The translations under genes were made by a program, and so were the position numbers. A model generated the notes under the pieces. The model was not told the DNA's origin and did no database searches. It saw nothing but the letters and a program-made list of their open reading frames with translations. A stretch of 62,254 bases of DNA from Candidatus Yanofskybacteria bacterium RIFCSPLOWO2_02_FULL_45_18 (lineage in GTDB: Bacteria > Patescibacteriota > Minisyncoccia > 2-02-FULL-40-12 > GWA2-44-9), in contig MGKV01000007.1 of assembly GCA_001795795.1 (NCBI GenBank), positions 14,553 through 76,806 of the forward strand, written 5' to 3'. The stretch's first letter is position 1. The number at the start of each line of letters is the position of its first letter. This document shows positions 37,120 through 47,858 of the stretch, one piece after another.

Positions 37120-38019
37120 GTGAAATTAAAAATCAGCTCAGGATTATTTGCCGCTATTTTTCTGGTTCTTATTTATCTTTTTTGGAATAACAAACTAGGC
37201 GGACCGTCACCCTTGTCAGCGGTTGACGCGAACCCAACCTCGCAAGATATTGAACAGTGGTCGGTAGAACATTTTCAGAAAGAGGGTTGGCGTATCTGGA
37301 ACAACAACCCCTCGCTGGATACTTACAGCCGCAATTTTGACAGCGGCGAGAAACGCGACGGCAATTTGCAATTTGCTCCTTGGGGTAAAGATAACTGGGG
37401 ACTTAAGGCCTATGGCTGGGGCGAGGGTGTGGGTGAGAAAGATGTTGCCCTATCCCGCCTTAAAGCGCAAGATGGAAAGTTTTATATTAAAGTAAGGCAG
37501 GAGGGCGGTTTTTACGGAAACGGAACAATGATTCAGGGTTGGAACTGGGGCAGTTGCGAAGATGTTCCGTGGCATTGCCCTCCGCCTTTGATAGCAGGAG
37601 ACAAAAAGATAGTCCTTAGCCTTGATTTGAAAATTGACAGTATTGATCCCGGCCAGTGGTACTCTCTGACCCGCTGGCTGATGATCGGGGCGACTTTTTG
37701 GTTCCGTTCGCCGGATTTGCCCAAACCGCTAGTTACAGATCTGGGATTTTATATAAACCGAAGCATCATGTTCTCCCATGAAAGCGCCAGCGGGTATCAC
37801 TATCAAAAAATGGTTGTAGCGAATAAAACGGAAGCGATTAATTGTTGGCGGCACTATGATATTGACCTGATATGGTTTATCAATGACGCTTTCCGGCGTT
37901 TCAATATTCCCGAATCAGCCAGAAAAACACTGGCTCTTCAGTCCGTGGAAATGCTGGTGGAAAGCAAAGAGTCAGGTGCGGCAATAGAAGTAGGCAACTT
38001 CGCTCTTTATTACAAGTGA
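37120..38019 (+). CDS. Secreted/anchored Trp-rich beta-sandwich hypothetical protein
   Basis: GGAG RBS with GTG start, N-terminal TM, aromatic-rich strands. Confidence 0.75.
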   Translation: MKLKISSGLFAAIFLVLIYLFWNNKLGGPSPLSAVDANPTSQDIEQWSVEHFQKEGWRIWNNNPSLDTYSRNFDSGEKRDGNLQFAPWGKDNWGLKAYGWGEGVGEKDVALSRLKAQDGKFYIKVRQEGGFYGNGTMIQGWNWGSCEDVPWHCPPPLIAGDKKIVLSLDLKIDSIDPGQWYSLTRWLMIGATFWFRSPDLPKPLVTDLGFYINRSIMFSHESASGYHYQKMVVANKTEAINCWRHYDIDLIWFINDAFRRFNIPESARKTLALQSVEMLVESKESGAAIEVGNFALYYK

Positions 38020-38066
38020 AAAATCCCGTCTTCTGTTTTCTGAAAGAAAAAAGAAGACGGGATTTT
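38020..38066. terminator. Bidirectional terminator
   Basis: AAAATCCCGTCTTCT...AGAAGACGGGATTTT between convergent genes. Confidence 0.7.
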
Positions 38067-38076
38067 AATTTGAAAC

Positions 38077-39060
38077 TTATTTTATCAGAGCCATAATTTT
38101 ATCTTTTTCCAGATATCCTCCGCAAATTGAGGTATCGCCGGCGCCCCAATAAATGTTAATGCGATTGCTTCGCGGTCCCAGATCCACCGTAGCGCAGGAA
38201 AAAACAACATTGCGCACATGGCCGTAGAGTTCTTCCAGTTTTTCGGGACGCAAGACGGGGGCAGGGTGAAGATAGAGTATTTTAGAAGGGTCTTTTTTAT
38301 CCACCACCATGAAACCGAGTGTGTATCTGAAATTTGCTCCGCTTAGTCCCTTTCCCTGTTTGACATGAAAAACTATCAGCCAGCCGTTTTCAAGTTTAAC
38401 CGGTGGACCGGCAAGCCCAATTCTGTTTTGGCGCTTGACGGCATCTTGGTAGACTTGGCCGGGGGACAGCAAAATCTGACAATCGGACCAGCCGCTTTGA
38501 AGTGTCAGATCCTTGGATCGGGCTAGACAGATACAGCGGTTCTGGCGGAAGATGAGATAGGCGTATGGTCCGAAGGGTTCGCTGAAGACAGCCGCATTTT
38601 TTCTTTCACCTTTGATCGGAGCGCCCACCCATTCAAAATTCTCGAAATCACGTGTTTTCCAGATGCCGAATTTGCTCCACTTGGCGCCTCCAGCGAGATT
38701 GTAGAGCAGTGTTCCGGCAGTGGCAAAAATATAAAAACAGCCATTGACCCATTTGACGATACGGGGGTCCTCAATACCGCAGATAGTCCGGAAATTCCAG
38801 AAGTGGTTATCCCAAAATTTCAAAGCTGGTTTTTCCGATATGTTCCAGTTGACGCCATCCCAACTTTCGGCATAGCCGAGGCTGGAGAACATTCTGACTC
38901 CAATTCTGAAAAGCATCCGGAAGCGGTCTATTGCGGTATCAAAAATTACGCCGCAATTAAATATGCCACGCCAAGATCGGGGGTACCATTTTAATAAAGA
39001 CGAGGGGACGCTCGCGGGAGTAATCAGGGGATTACTGCCGAAACGCCGGATTTCTATCAT
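38077..39060 (-). CDS. GH130-like glycosidase/phosphorylase (beta-propeller)
   Basis: NPLITP, FNCGV, GYAESWDG, GIEDPR, KNAA.F, NVVFSC, YWGAGD. Confidence 0.85.
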   Translation of the reverse strand: MIEIRRFGSNPLITPASVPSSLLKWYPRSWRGIFNCGVIFDTAIDRFRMLFRIGVRMFSSLGYAESWDGVNWNISEKPALKFWDNHFWNFRTICGIEDPRIVKWVNGCFYIFATAGTLLYNLAGGAKWSKFGIWKTRDFENFEWVGAPIKGERKNAAVFSEPFGPYAYLIFRQNRCICLARSKDLTLQSGWSDCQILLSPGQVYQDAVKRQNRIGLAGPPVKLENGWLIVFHVKQGKGLSGANFRYTLGFMVVDKKDPSKILYLHPAPVLRPEKLEELYGHVRNVVFSCATVDLGPRSNRINIYWGAGDTSICGGYLEKDKIMALIK

Positions 39061-39153
39061 TCTCTGCTCCTAATTTTTATGAACTGACCAGAGAGTAACA
39101 CAAGAGTTGATTGTTGAAAATAGAGTAAATCTGGTAGTATATTAACGGAATAT

Positions 39154-39227
39154 CGGGCTATAGTGTAACGGTAGCACGAGTCCATGGGGTGGATTTAGTG
39201 GCAGTTCAAATCTGCCTAGCCCGACCA
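39154..39227 (+). tRNA. tRNA-Pro(GGG)
   Basis: CGGGCTA/TAGCCCG acceptor, AGTCC-ATGGGGT-GGATT anticodon arm, GTTCAA, encoded CCA. Confidence 0.95.
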
Positions 39228-39230
39228 ATC

Positions 39231-39266
39231 AACCCTAAACCCCGCCAATTGGCGGGGTTTAGGGTT
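39231..39266. terminator. Bidirectional terminator (perfect 36-bp palindrome overlapping the rpmB stop)
   Basis: AACCCTAAACCCCGCCAA|TTGGCGGGGTTTAGGGTT. Confidence 0.8.
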
Positions 39267-39450
39267 TGGCGACTTTGTGCAAAGTTTTGATGCAGTCGGT
39301 GCAGATCTTAACTCTCTTTCCGCCAATGCGGGCCCATTGCAAATTGGGATAACTTTTAGAACGATTGGTCGGATTATAATGTCCGCGAAGTAACTTTCGC
39401 GTTGTAACCATGATTGGTTTTTTACCGCATTGAGGGCATCGGGTAGCCAT
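39259..39450 (-). CDS. rpmB: Ribosomal protein bL28
   Basis: CPQCGK...PNLQ...RVKICTDCIK. Confidence 0.9.
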   Translation of the reverse strand: MATRCPQCGKKPIMVTTRKLLRGHYNPTNRSKSYPNLQWARIGGKRVKICTDCIKTLHKVAKP

Positions 39451-39460
39451 ATAGCGGAGT

Positions 39461-39579
39461 GGGCTCCCCGAAGTTGCCCGCGAGGGTTCCCGGTCCGCCC
39501 CTCATCTTGCTGGAAGCGAGATTGCTTCCGAAAGACGGCCGGAGGACTGGGATATGCGCAGGCGACGAAAAGGGAACTC
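39461..39579 (-). ncRNA. Candidate structured RNA / rpmB 5' leader (rod-like hairpin)
   Basis: Five stacked GC-rich helices; minus-strand promoter TTGAAA-17-TACCCT at 39619-39591. Confidence 0.45.
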
Positions 39580-39630
39580 TGTTGATTTACAGGGTAACAC
39601 GGAAATGATATATTTTCAATACCCCTATTT

Positions 39631-40227
39631 ATGGATACGCTTTTAGTAAAAGTCGCACAAATCATAATATTCTTATATTCGGTTGTTATCCATGAAGTAT
39701 CTCATGGTGTAATGGCAAACTCTTTAGGCGATACTACGGCCAAGAATATGGGGAGGATTACCCTAAACCCCCTCAAGCATTTAGATTTTTTTGGCTCTAT
39801 AGTTTTGCCGTTCTTAACTGGTTTTGGTTATGCGAAGCCGGTACCGTATAATCCTGCGAATCTTCCGAATCCACGGTCTGGCTCGGTGAAGATTGCATTG
39901 GCCGGTCCGCTGTCTAATGTTGCGTTGGCAATCCTTTTTGGATTGACATTGCGTTTTTTGGGAGGTTATATGGGCAGTCCGCTCCTTGTCGGATTATTTG
40001 AGTATATAGTTTTTGTTAATATCCTTCTCGCCGTTTTTAATATTTTCCCGATACCGCCTCTCGACGGGCACTGGTTGTTAATGGTATTTTTGCCCGACAG
40101 ATATTATAAGCTAAAGCAGCTTCTTTATAAATATAGTATCGTCTTCGTCATCTTTTTTGTGTTTGTTATTTTCCGCCTTATCAGCCCGGTAATTATACCG
40201 ATTTCGCGCTTTATAATCGGATACTAG
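39631..40227 (+). CDS. Site-2 protease (M50) family
   Basis: HEVSH, IALAGP, NIFPIPPLDG. Confidence 0.93.
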   Translation: MDTLLVKVAQIIIFLYSVVIHEVSHGVMANSLGDTTAKNMGRITLNPLKHLDFFGSIVLPFLTGFGYAKPVPYNPANLPNPRSGSVKIALAGPLSNVALAILFGLTLRFLGGYMGSPLLVGLFEYIVFVNILLAVFNIFPIPPLDGHWLLMVFLPDRYYKLKQLLYKYSIVFVIFFVFVIFRLISPVIIPISRFIIGY

Positions 40228-40233
40228 GCCGAT

Positions 40234-40263
40234 TTGACACTAACACTCATATTTTGTTATTAT
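40234..40263 (+). promoter_or_regulatory. Promoter of the str operon
   Basis: TTGACA-18 nt-TATTAT with TG extension. Confidence 0.6.
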
Positions 40264-40335
40264 CCGTAAGACCCTTGTGGTCTTATTTAGTTAAAAGTGC
40301 AAAATTTTTAATTTTTGATTTAAGTATTGGCGATT

Positions 40336-40746
40336 ATGCCCACATATAGACAACTTCTAAAAAACCCTAGAAAGACCACTAAAGCTAAAACAAAATCACC
40401 GGCTTTAATTTTTGGTTTTAACGCCTTGAAGAACCGGCCGGTGGATTACCCCGCTCCTTTTAAGCGGGGTGTTTGTCTGCAGGTCAGAACCATGACTCCC
40501 AAAAAGCCGAACTCGGCATTGCGTAAAATTGCCCGCGTCAGATTGACTAATGGTATGGAGGTAACCGCTTATATCCCCGGCATCGGCCACAACTTGCAAG
40601 AGCATTCGGTCGTGGTATTGCGCGGCGGAAGGGTTAAGGATTTGCCGGGTATCCGCTATCATATTGTCAGGGGTGTTTTGGACACTGGCGGAGTAGAAGG
40701 CCGGAAACAGCAAAGGTCCAAGTATGGAGCTAAGAGATCAAAATAA
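40336..40746 (+). CDS. rpsL: Ribosomal protein uS12
   Basis: [18 protein letters not shown]. Confidence 0.98.
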   Translation: MPTYRQLLKNPRKTTKAKTKSPALIFGFNALKNRPVDYPAPFKRGVCLQVRTMTPKKPNSALRKIARVRLTNGMEVTAYIPGIGHNLQEHSVVVLRGGRVKDLPGIRYHIVRGVLDTGGVEGRKQQRSKYGAKRSK

Positions 40747-41213
40747 TGCGGAGACCTGTCAAAAAAAGAATTGAGATAAATCCGGATATAAAATATTCCA
40801 GCGTTTTGGTTTCCAAATTCATCAACAAAATCATGATTGCCGGCAAAAAATCAATTGCCAGCAAGATCGTATATGGCGCGCTAGAAGATGCCGAGAAAAA
40901 ATTGCAGAAACCCTCGCTGGAAATATTGGAACAAGCCGTGCAGAATGTCAGCCCCTCAATACAGCTTAAGTCCCGAAGGGTTGGCGGTGCCAACTATCAG
41001 ATCCCGGTGGAGGTCAAGCCGGAACGCCGGCTGATGCTGGCGATTATGTGGATTGTCGGCGCGGCGCGGTCGCAAAAAGGCAAAGAGATGAAAGTCAGGC
41101 TTGCTGATGAATTCATCAGCGCTTTCAACAACACCGGCAATGCCGTTAAGAAAAAACTTGACACTCATCGCATGGCCGAGGCCAATAAAGCATTTGCGCA
41201 TTTTGCGTGGTAA
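40746..41213 (+). CDS. rpsG: Ribosomal protein uS7
   Basis: RRVGGANYQIP, HRMAEANKAFAHF. Confidence 0.98.
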   Translation: MRRPVKKRIEINPDIKYSSVLVSKFINKIMIAGKKSIASKIVYGALEDAEKKLQKPSLEILEQAVQNVSPSIQLKSRRVGGANYQIPVEVKPERRLMLAIMWIVGAARSQKGKEMKVRLADEFISAFNNTGNAVKKKLDTHRMAEANKAFAHFAW

Positions 41214-41224
41214 ATTAGGCAAGT

Positions 41225-41617
41225 ATGATAGAAAGATATTTTAGAAAGGATATCAAACGAGAGATTCCAATTTTTGAAGAAAATGACCTTTTTTCTTTGA
41301 AGGAATTAAGGCGGGGGATGGTTTTTAACTATAAAGGCTACGAAATTACAATTGCTGATCCGACAGCTAAAGATACTACACCATCTCTAATTACTCTCGA
41401 CCTACTTTCTGGGAAATGGATTATTGTTCTTAACGAAGATGTTCCCTTGTCTTTGGTTGTTCCCATTCTTGAGCACGAGGTTTATGAGATAGAGCACAAA
41501 AACCATGAAAAAGCTGTTGAAATTGGAAGAATTAAAGCAGAGGAGTTGGGAGTATTGAATAATTTTTTGGAGTTTGAATATCGATGGCGGGATCATAACA
41601 ATAATTTAAAGCAATGA
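41225..41617 (+). CDS. AT-rich hypothetical protein inserted between rpsG and fusA
   Basis: 130 codons; stop overlaps fusA start (ATGA); LEHEVYE...HEKA motif. Confidence 0.7.
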   Translation: MIERYFRKDIKREIPIFEENDLFSLKELRRGMVFNYKGYEITIADPTAKDTTPSLITLDLLSGKWIIVLNEDVPLSLVVPILEHEVYEIEHKNHEKAVEIGRIKAEELGVLNNFLEFEYRWRDHNNNLKQ

Positions 41618-43716
41618 GAGATTATCCTATCGAAAAAACTAGGAATATCGGTATTATAGCCCACATAGATGCAGGCAAAACGACCGTTTCAGAGCGGGTT
41701 CTTTTTTATACCGGAATTTCTCATAAAATCGGCGAAGTGCACGAGGGCGAAGCGATAATGGATTGGATGGAACAAGAGCGTGAACGCGGCATTACTATAA
41801 CTGCCGCGGCAACAACCGTGTTTTGGGCCCCTACTGATTCATCTGGTTCGGGCGACAAAATTAAGATTAACTTGATTGATACCCCCGGGCATATAGATTT
41901 TACCGTAGAGGTAAAACGCTCTCTTCGCGTGTTGGATGGAGCGGTTGTCGTTTTTGACGGAGTTGCCGGTGTGGAGCCGCAGTCAGAAACCAACTGGCGT
42001 TATGCCGACGATTACAATGTCCCGCGGCTTTGTTTTATTAATAAGCTTGACCGGTTGGGCGCTTCTTTTGACAAATCTTTCCGGTCAATCTTGGAACGGC
42101 TTTCGCCTCATGCGGTTAAAATTCAGATTCCTGACGGCCACGAAGATAAATTTACTGGCGTTGTGGACTTGCTTGAAATGAAGTTCTATGTTTTTGAAGG
42201 CGAAAAGGGAGAAAAAGTCATCAAAAAAGAAATACCGGCAGACCTCGTGGCCGAAGCGGAGAAAGAAAGAGCGATTGCCGTTGAAAAAATTGTTGAAACT
42301 GATGACGAGGCAATGTCGCAATATCTTGAGGGGAAAGAACCCTCTTTGGAAAATCTGCGCCGGCTTTTACGCAAAGCCGTTATTGCCGGTAAAATTTATC
42401 CCGTGTTTTGCGGCTCGGCCTTAAAAAATAAAGGCGTACAACTTATGCTGGATGCGGTGGCCTATTATTTGCCGTCTCCATTAGATGTGCCGGCAGTTAA
42501 GGGCACTGAAGTAAAAACAGGCCAGGAAACAATCCGTGAAGCTCGTGACGACGCGCCGTTCGCGGCCCTAGCTTTTAAGGTTGCCAGTGATCCTTATGTG
42601 GGTCAGCTTACTTTTTTCCGCGTTTATTCGGGAGTTCTCGCGGCCGGTTCATACATTGTTAATACGACCAATGGACAACAGGAAAGAATTGGCCGCATTG
42701 TCCGGCTGCATGCCAACCAAAGGGAGGAAATAAAAGAAATCCATGCCGGCAATATTGCCGCTGCGGTTGGATTGAAGAATACTAAGACCGGCGATACGCT
42801 TTGCGCTCCGGACAGCCAGATTATTTTGGAAAGAATTATTTTTCCCGAACCCGTCATCTCTTTGCGGATTGAACCTAAGACCAAAGCCGACCAGGAAAAA
42901 ATGGGGCTTGCTTTGCATAAACTTTCGGACGAAGATCCCACTTTTCGGGTCGCTGGCGATGAAGAAACCGGTGAAACGATTATTTCCGGCATGGGCGAAT
43001 TGCACCTTGATGTTCTTGTTGACCGGATGAAAAGGGAATTCGGCGTAGGCGCCAATGTCGGCCGCCCCCAAGTTGCTTACAAAGAAACTATTTCTTCAGC
43101 CGCTGAAGCCGAGGGAAAATATATCCGTCAGTCGGGAGGACGCGGACAATATGGCCATGTTTGGCTGCGCGTTGAGCCGAAAGAACGCGGCGGCGGTTAT
43201 GAATTTGTTGACGACATTAAGGGTGGAGTTATACCGCAGGAGTTCATCGCTCCGTCCGAAAAAGGAGTTAAGGAGGCAATGAGCAAAGGTGTTTTGGCCG
43301 GTTTTCCCATGGTTGATATGCAGGTTACTTTATATGACGGTTCTTATCACGAGGTTGATTCTTCGGAAATTGCCTTCAAAATCGCCGCTTCGGCGGCATT
43401 GCGGGAAGCGACCAAAAGGGCCAAGCCGATTCTGCTTGAACCGATAATGAAAGTGGAAATAATCGTGCCGGAACAATTCTTGGGGGAAACAACCGGTGAT
43501 TTGGCCTCTCGGCGCGGGCAGATTATGAGCATTAACGACCGTAGCCCGCTTAATTTAAAAGTTATTGAGTCAAGGGTTCCGTTGTCGGAAATGTTTGGCT
43601 ATGCCACCTCCTTGAGGTCGCTGACCGAAGGGCGAGGTACTTTTAACATGGAATTTGAACTTTACGACATTGTGCCTAATAATATAGTGGCGCAAATTAT
43701 CGAAGGGAAAAAATAA
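41614..43716 (+). CDS. fusA: Elongation factor G
   Basis: [29 protein letters not shown]. Confidence 0.98.
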   Translation: MRDYPIEKTRNIGIIAHIDAGKTTVSERVLFYTGISHKIGEVHEGEAIMDWMEQERERGITITAAATTVFWAPTDSSGSGDKIKINLIDTPGHIDFTVEVKRSLRVLDGAVVVFDGVAGVEPQSETNWRYADDYNVPRLCFINKLDRLGASFDKSFRSILERLSPHAVKIQIPDGHEDKFTGVVDLLEMKFYVFEGEKGEKVIKKEIPADLVAEAEKERAIAVEKIVETDDEAMSQYLEGKEPSLENLRRLLRKAVIAGKIYPVFCGSALKNKGVQLMLDAVAYYLPSPLDVPAVKGTEVKTGQETIREARDDAPFAALAFKVASDPYVGQLTFFRVYSGVLAAGSYIVNTTNGQQERIGRIVRLHANQREEIKEIHAGNIAAAVGLKNTKTGDTLCAPDSQIILERIIFPEPVISLRIEPKTKADQEKMGLALHKLSDEDPTFRVAGDEETGETIISGMGELHLDVLVDRMKREFGVGANVGRPQVAYKETISSAAEAEGKYIRQSGGRGQYGHVWLRVEPKERGGGYEFVDDIKGGVIPQEFIAPSEKGVKEAMSKGVLAGFPMVDMQVTLYDGSYHEVDSSEIAFKIAASAALREATKRAKPILLEPIMKVEIIVPEQFLGETTGDLASRRGQIMSINDRSPLNLKVIESRVPLSEMFGYATSLRSLTEGRGTFNMEFELYDIVPNNIVAQIIEGKK

Positions 43717-43727
43717 CAAAACCAAGA

Positions 43728-43814
43728 ATCCCGTTAGAGGTAAGCCGCCGAAGGCGGCTACCCGCATCTGCCTCTGGGGATTATTAATTGAAGATGCGGG
43801 ACATCTAACGGGAT
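43728..43814. mobile_element. MITE-like element, CCCGTTAGA...TCTAACGGG family, copy 2
   Basis: 13/14-bp terminal IR, two internal hairpins; right end overlaps ATG at 43813. Confidence 0.65.
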
Positions 43815-44151
43815 GGACATAAAAGAATTAAAAAAATTAATAAAAAACGGCGGTTCAGCAGTGATACTTGAAAATGGCGAGCCCTCATTTGTCGTCCTTG
43901 GCTATGAAACTTACAAAAATTTGGACAGTGGAGGCGAGGAGAAGGATATTAAAATAAATCACGCAAATTCTATGCGGCACATTAAGGCGGATACGGATGA
44001 TTATCACAACTCCAATTTTTCCGAAGCGACCAGAGGCAATCTTGAGACCGAAATACTTGAGAAGTTTAATAAGGAGATAGCGGCCATAAAAAGCCAGATT
44101 GAATCGGAAGAGAAAAATTTAATTCAAACCGAAGATTGGCCTGATTTTTAA
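43813..44151 (+). CDS. Hypothetical protein with Phd/YefM-like N-terminus
   Basis: AVILENGEPSFVVLGYETY resembles the Phd/YefM fold; C-terminal coiled coil. Confidence 0.6.
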   Translation: MDIKELKKLIKNGGSAVILENGEPSFVVLGYETYKNLDSGGEEKDIKINHANSMRHIKADTDDYHNSNFSEATRGNLETEILEKFNKEIAAIKSQIESEEKNLIQTEDWPDF

Positions 44152-44166
44152 AGGACATGTGCGGGG

Positions 44167-44194
44167 TTGACTTTAACTTATAATTTGCTAAAAT
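44167..44194 (+). promoter_or_regulatory. Internal promoter for tuf/S10 cluster
   Basis: TTGACT-16 nt-TAAAAT with TG extension. Confidence 0.55.
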
Positions 44195-44291
44195 ACTAAA
44201 ACATACTTATTTTAGTTTCTAGGTTCTAGTTTCTAGGTTTCATCATCCGCGAAAACTATAAGCTACAAGCTATAAACTATAAGCTATTCAG

Positions 44292-45494
44292 ATGGCAGAA
44301 AAATTTGAGAGGACAAAGCCGCATGTAAATGTAGGCACCATTGGCCATGTTGACCATGGCAAAACAACGCTTACCGCGTCGATTTTGCATACTTTAAACA
44401 TGCTTAAAGACGAGGGCTATTCGGCCCGTGTTGAAGCCGTAGACCAGATTGACAACGCGCCGGAAGAAAAAGCCCGCGGTATTACGATTGCCTTGCACCA
44501 CTCTCAATATGAAACTCCGAAAAGACACTATGCCCACATTGATGCTCCCGGTCATGCCGACTATATTAAAAATATGATTACGGGGGCGGCTCAAATGGAC
44601 GGCGCGGTTTTAGTCGTTGCCGCGACTGACGGTCCGATGCCCCAAACTCGCGAGCACATCTTGCTTGCTAGGCAAGTAGGTGTTCCGGCAATTATCGTCT
44701 TCTTAAATAAAGTTGACCAGGTTGATGATCCGGAAATGCTTGATTTGGTTGAGGCCGAGATTAGAGAACTCTTGAATAAATATCAATATCCCGGCGATAC
44801 CACTCCGATTATCCGCGGGTCGGCCTTAAAAGCGCTTGAGTCCAAATCCAAAGAAGATCCGGCTGTTCAGCCGATCAGGCAATTAATTGATGCATTAGAT
44901 AGTTATATTCCTGAACCGCTCAGAGATTACGATAAGCCATTCTTGATGCCGATTGAAGATATTTTTTCAATTGAAGGCCGCGGCACGGTGGTAACTGGCA
45001 AGATTGAGCGCGGAAAAATAAAGTTAAATGATGAAATTGAGATTGTCGGTTTGCGTCCTACAACCAAAACGGTTGTTACCGGCATTGAAATGTTCAACCG
45101 GCAGCTTGACGAAGGCATGGCAGGCGACAACGAGGGAATACTGTTGCGCGGCACCAAGAAAGAGGATGTTGAAAGAGGGCAGGTTTTAGCCAAGCCTAGC
45201 AGTATAACTCCGCATACAGAATTTGAAGCCGAAATTTATGTTTTAACCAAAGAGGAGGGCGGCCGGCATACCCCGTTCTTAAAAGGCTATAAACCGCAAT
45301 TTTACTTTAGGACGACCGATGTAACCGGTGAGACCTTTCTGCCCGAAGGGACCGAAATGGTAATGCCCGGCGACACGGTAACACTAAAAGTAAAATTGAT
45401 TGCTCCTATCGCCATGGAAGAAAAACAGCGGTTCGCCATTAGGGAAGGTGGCAAGACTGTCGGCGCGGGAGCGGTTACCAAAATTATCGCATAA
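44292..45494 (+). CDS. tuf: Elongation factor Tu
   Basis: [38 protein letters not shown]. Confidence 0.98.
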   Translation: MAEKFERTKPHVNVGTIGHVDHGKTTLTASILHTLNMLKDEGYSARVEAVDQIDNAPEEKARGITIALHHSQYETPKRHYAHIDAPGHADYIKNMITGAAQMDGAVLVVAATDGPMPQTREHILLARQVGVPAIIVFLNKVDQVDDPEMLDLVEAEIRELLNKYQYPGDTTPIIRGSALKALESKSKEDPAVQPIRQLIDALDSYIPEPLRDYDKPFLMPIEDIFSIEGRGTVVTGKIERGKIKLNDEIEIVGLRPTTKTVVTGIEMFNRQLDEGMAGDNEGILLRGTKKEDVERGQVLAKPSSITPHTEFEAEIYVLTKEEGGRHTPFLKGYKPQFYFRTTDVTGETFLPEGTEMVMPGDTVTLKVKLIAPIAMEEKQRFAIREGGKTVGAGAVTKIIA

Positions 45495-45557
45495 TAAGCG
45501 CTTGCCCAGCTCTTCTAGAAGGGCCGGGCGATTTGCTCTTTGTAAAGTATCGCAAAT

Positions 45558-45881
45558 ATGGCAAAAAAAGCGGATACCAATCAGAAGATACGGATAAAGC
45601 TTAAAGCATACGATAATAAGATTATTGATAAATCAGCTCGACAGATCATCGAGACGATTGAGCGTTACGGCGTGAAGCCAGTCGGCCCTGTGCCATTGCC
45701 TACTGAAATACGCAAGTATACGGTTAACCGCTCAACATTTATTGATAAAAATTCAAGGGAGCAATTTGAGATGAGAATTCATAAGCGTTTTATTGACATT
45801 CTGTCGCCAACGTCTAAAGTTATTGATGCGCTGATGAATCTGAATTTGCCGTCCGGCGTTGATATAGAAATTAAAATGTAG
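45558..45881 (+). CDS. rpsJ: Ribosomal protein uS10
   Basis: [22 protein letters not shown]. Confidence 0.97.
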   Translation: MAKKADTNQKIRIKLKAYDNKIIDKSARQIIETIERYGVKPVGPVPLPTEIRKYTVNRSTFIDKNSREQFEMRIHKRFIDILSPTSKVIDALMNLNLPSGVDIEIKM

Positions 45882-46037
45882 GATTATTGTTTCTTTATTC
45901 CCAGCCACAGATCGCTTTGGGGCTGGGGAGTAAGGTAGCAACACCTTAAACAATAATGGTTTTTATTTTATTTAAACCAGTCTAAATACAGTTAGGGTTT
46001 AGCTTTGCGTATAGGCCGGCTAAATCCGGCTTTTAAA

Positions 46038-46625
46038 ATGTCCAAATTCATATTAGCTAAAAAATTATCAATGACTCAAATTTTTGAAGAAGACGGAAGA
46101 GTGGCACCGGTTACTTTGGTTGGCGTTGAACCGAATGTTGTTACTCGCATTAAAACCGTTGGTAAAGACGGTTACCAATCGGTTCAGGTGGGGACGGGAA
46201 GTAAAAAAAACTCCGGCGGCTTTAAATATTTGCGAGAATTTAAGATTACGGAACTAAACGAACAACCGCTGAAAGAGGGGGACAAACTGGATGTTTCTGT
46301 TTTTGAATCCGGAGATATGGTCAGAGTATCCGGCGTAACTAAGGGTAAAGGTTTTGCCGGAGCGGTTAAAAGACATGGATTTAGCGGTATGCCTTCCAGC
46401 CACGGCCACAAATCCGTAAAGAGGCACATCGGCTCTATCGGCCAACGTTTCCCTCAGCACACATTAAAAGGAAAACGCATGGCGGGACATATGGGAAATG
46501 TAAATTTTACTGTCCGCGGGCTGATGATTGCCCGGATTGATAACGATAATCAAATAATCGCAATCAGGGGTGCTGTACCGGGTAATGCCGGTGGTTTGGT
46601 CAAAATTGAGAGCATCAGCAAATAA
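46038..46625 (+). CDS. rplC: Ribosomal protein uL3
   Basis: MTQIF, TKGKGFAGAVKRH, KGKRMAGHMG. Confidence 0.97.
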   Translation: MSKFILAKKLSMTQIFEEDGRVAPVTLVGVEPNVVTRIKTVGKDGYQSVQVGTGSKKNSGGFKYLREFKITELNEQPLKEGDKLDVSVFESGDMVRVSGVTKGKGFAGAVKRHGFSGMPSSHGHKSVKRHIGSIGQRFPQHTLKGKRMAGHMGNVNFTVRGLMIARIDNDNQIIAIRGAVPGNAGGLVKIESISK

Positions 46626-46642
46626 TTACCGGGCCAATTATC

Positions 46643-47290
46643 GTGCAAACAAGTTTATATAATCAAAATTGGGAAAAAGTGGGAGAAGTAACTTTGGCGG
46701 AAGATGTTTTTGGCGCAAAAACAAATCAAGATTTGGTTTATCAGGTTGTTACCTCGCAGATGTCTAATCGAAGACAGAATATTGCACACACTAAGACCAG
46801 ATCGGAAACAAGAGGCGGAGGCAAAAAACCTTGGCGCCAAAAAGGCACCGGCAGAGCCAGGCATGGTTCAATCCGTTCGCCGATTTGGAGGGGTGGCGGG
46901 GTTACTTTCGGTCCGTCCAGAGATAAAATTTTTAAAAAGAAAATTAACGAGAAAATGGCGCGAAAAGCCACTGCCGTAGTTTTATCTGAAAAATTGAGGA
47001 GCGATTCTTTGCTGGTTGTTGACAACATAACCCTCAAGGACAACAAAACCAAAGAGATGGCCGAAATTGTGAAGAATATGACTAAAGCGGTTAAGAAAAT
47101 TAAACCCAACGACAGTATCTTGCTGATAACGACCACGCCAGACGAGGGAATTAGGCGGTCTTCTATGAATTTGCCCAGAGTTAATATCGCGGAGGCAAGG
47201 AACATAAATGCCCTTGACTTACTGTCATTCAAATATGCGGTTATTTTGAAAGATGCGGTTGCTGTAATTGCTCAAAACTTAAAACGGTAA
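46643..47290 (+). CDS. rplD: Ribosomal protein uL4
   Basis: GGGKKPWRQKGTGRARHGS. Confidence 0.97.
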   Translation: MQTSLYNQNWEKVGEVTLAEDVFGAKTNQDLVYQVVTSQMSNRRQNIAHTKTRSETRGGGKKPWRQKGTGRARHGSIRSPIWRGGGVTFGPSRDKIFKKKINEKMARKATAVVLSEKLRSDSLLVVDNITLKDNKTKEMAEIVKNMTKAVKKIKPNDSILLITTTPDEGIRRSSMNLPRVNIAEARNINALDLLSFKYAVILKDAVAVIAQNLKR

Positions 47291-47299
47291 CAGACGTTG

Positions 47300-47704
47300 A
47301 TGATTAAATTATTTGGCAAAAAAAGAAAAGAAGATAAAACGACAAAGGCGGACAAAGATTTAACTATGCCCGAAACAGTGGCAGAAAAGCGGCCGGTTTT
47401 GGTGATTGACAGCTCCAAGGGCTCTCGGGCTCTCGGGGTCATAAAAGGGATTTATCTTAGCGAAAAGGCCACATTGCTTTCCGGCTATAATCAATATATT
47501 TTCAAAACTTTTGCGAATACCAATAAAAGCGAAGCAGGCAAAATGATAGAAAAACTTTTTAATGTAAAGGTAAAAGCGGTTAAAATATTAAACATGCCGC
47601 AAAAAAGAAAAGATGTCGGAAAACACTCCGGCTTCCGTGCTGGTTTTAAAAAGGCCGTGGTTGTTCTTGAAAAGGGGTATACGATAGAACAAGCCAAACC
47701 GTAA
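47300..47704 (+). CDS. rplW: Ribosomal protein uL23 (N-terminal extension)
   Basis: SEKAT, NK.E....EKLFNVKV, FKKAVV; operon position. Confidence 0.92.
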   Translation: MIKLFGKKRKEDKTTKADKDLTMPETVAEKRPVLVIDSSKGSRALGVIKGIYLSEKATLLSGYNQYIFKTFANTNKSEAGKMIEKLFNVKVKAVKILNMPQKRKDVGKHSGFRAGFKKAVVVLEKGYTIEQAKP

Positions 47705-47858
47705 ACAATTTTCAATTTCCATGTATCAATTTTCATTGAATTTTCAATGTTACATTGACTCATTGGAAATTGTCCCGGTATCTACTGGTTATAATCAGAA
47801 GAAATCGAGGACTCTCGATAACGAAGTTACCGGAGTAAATTGATAACTGGAAATTTGT

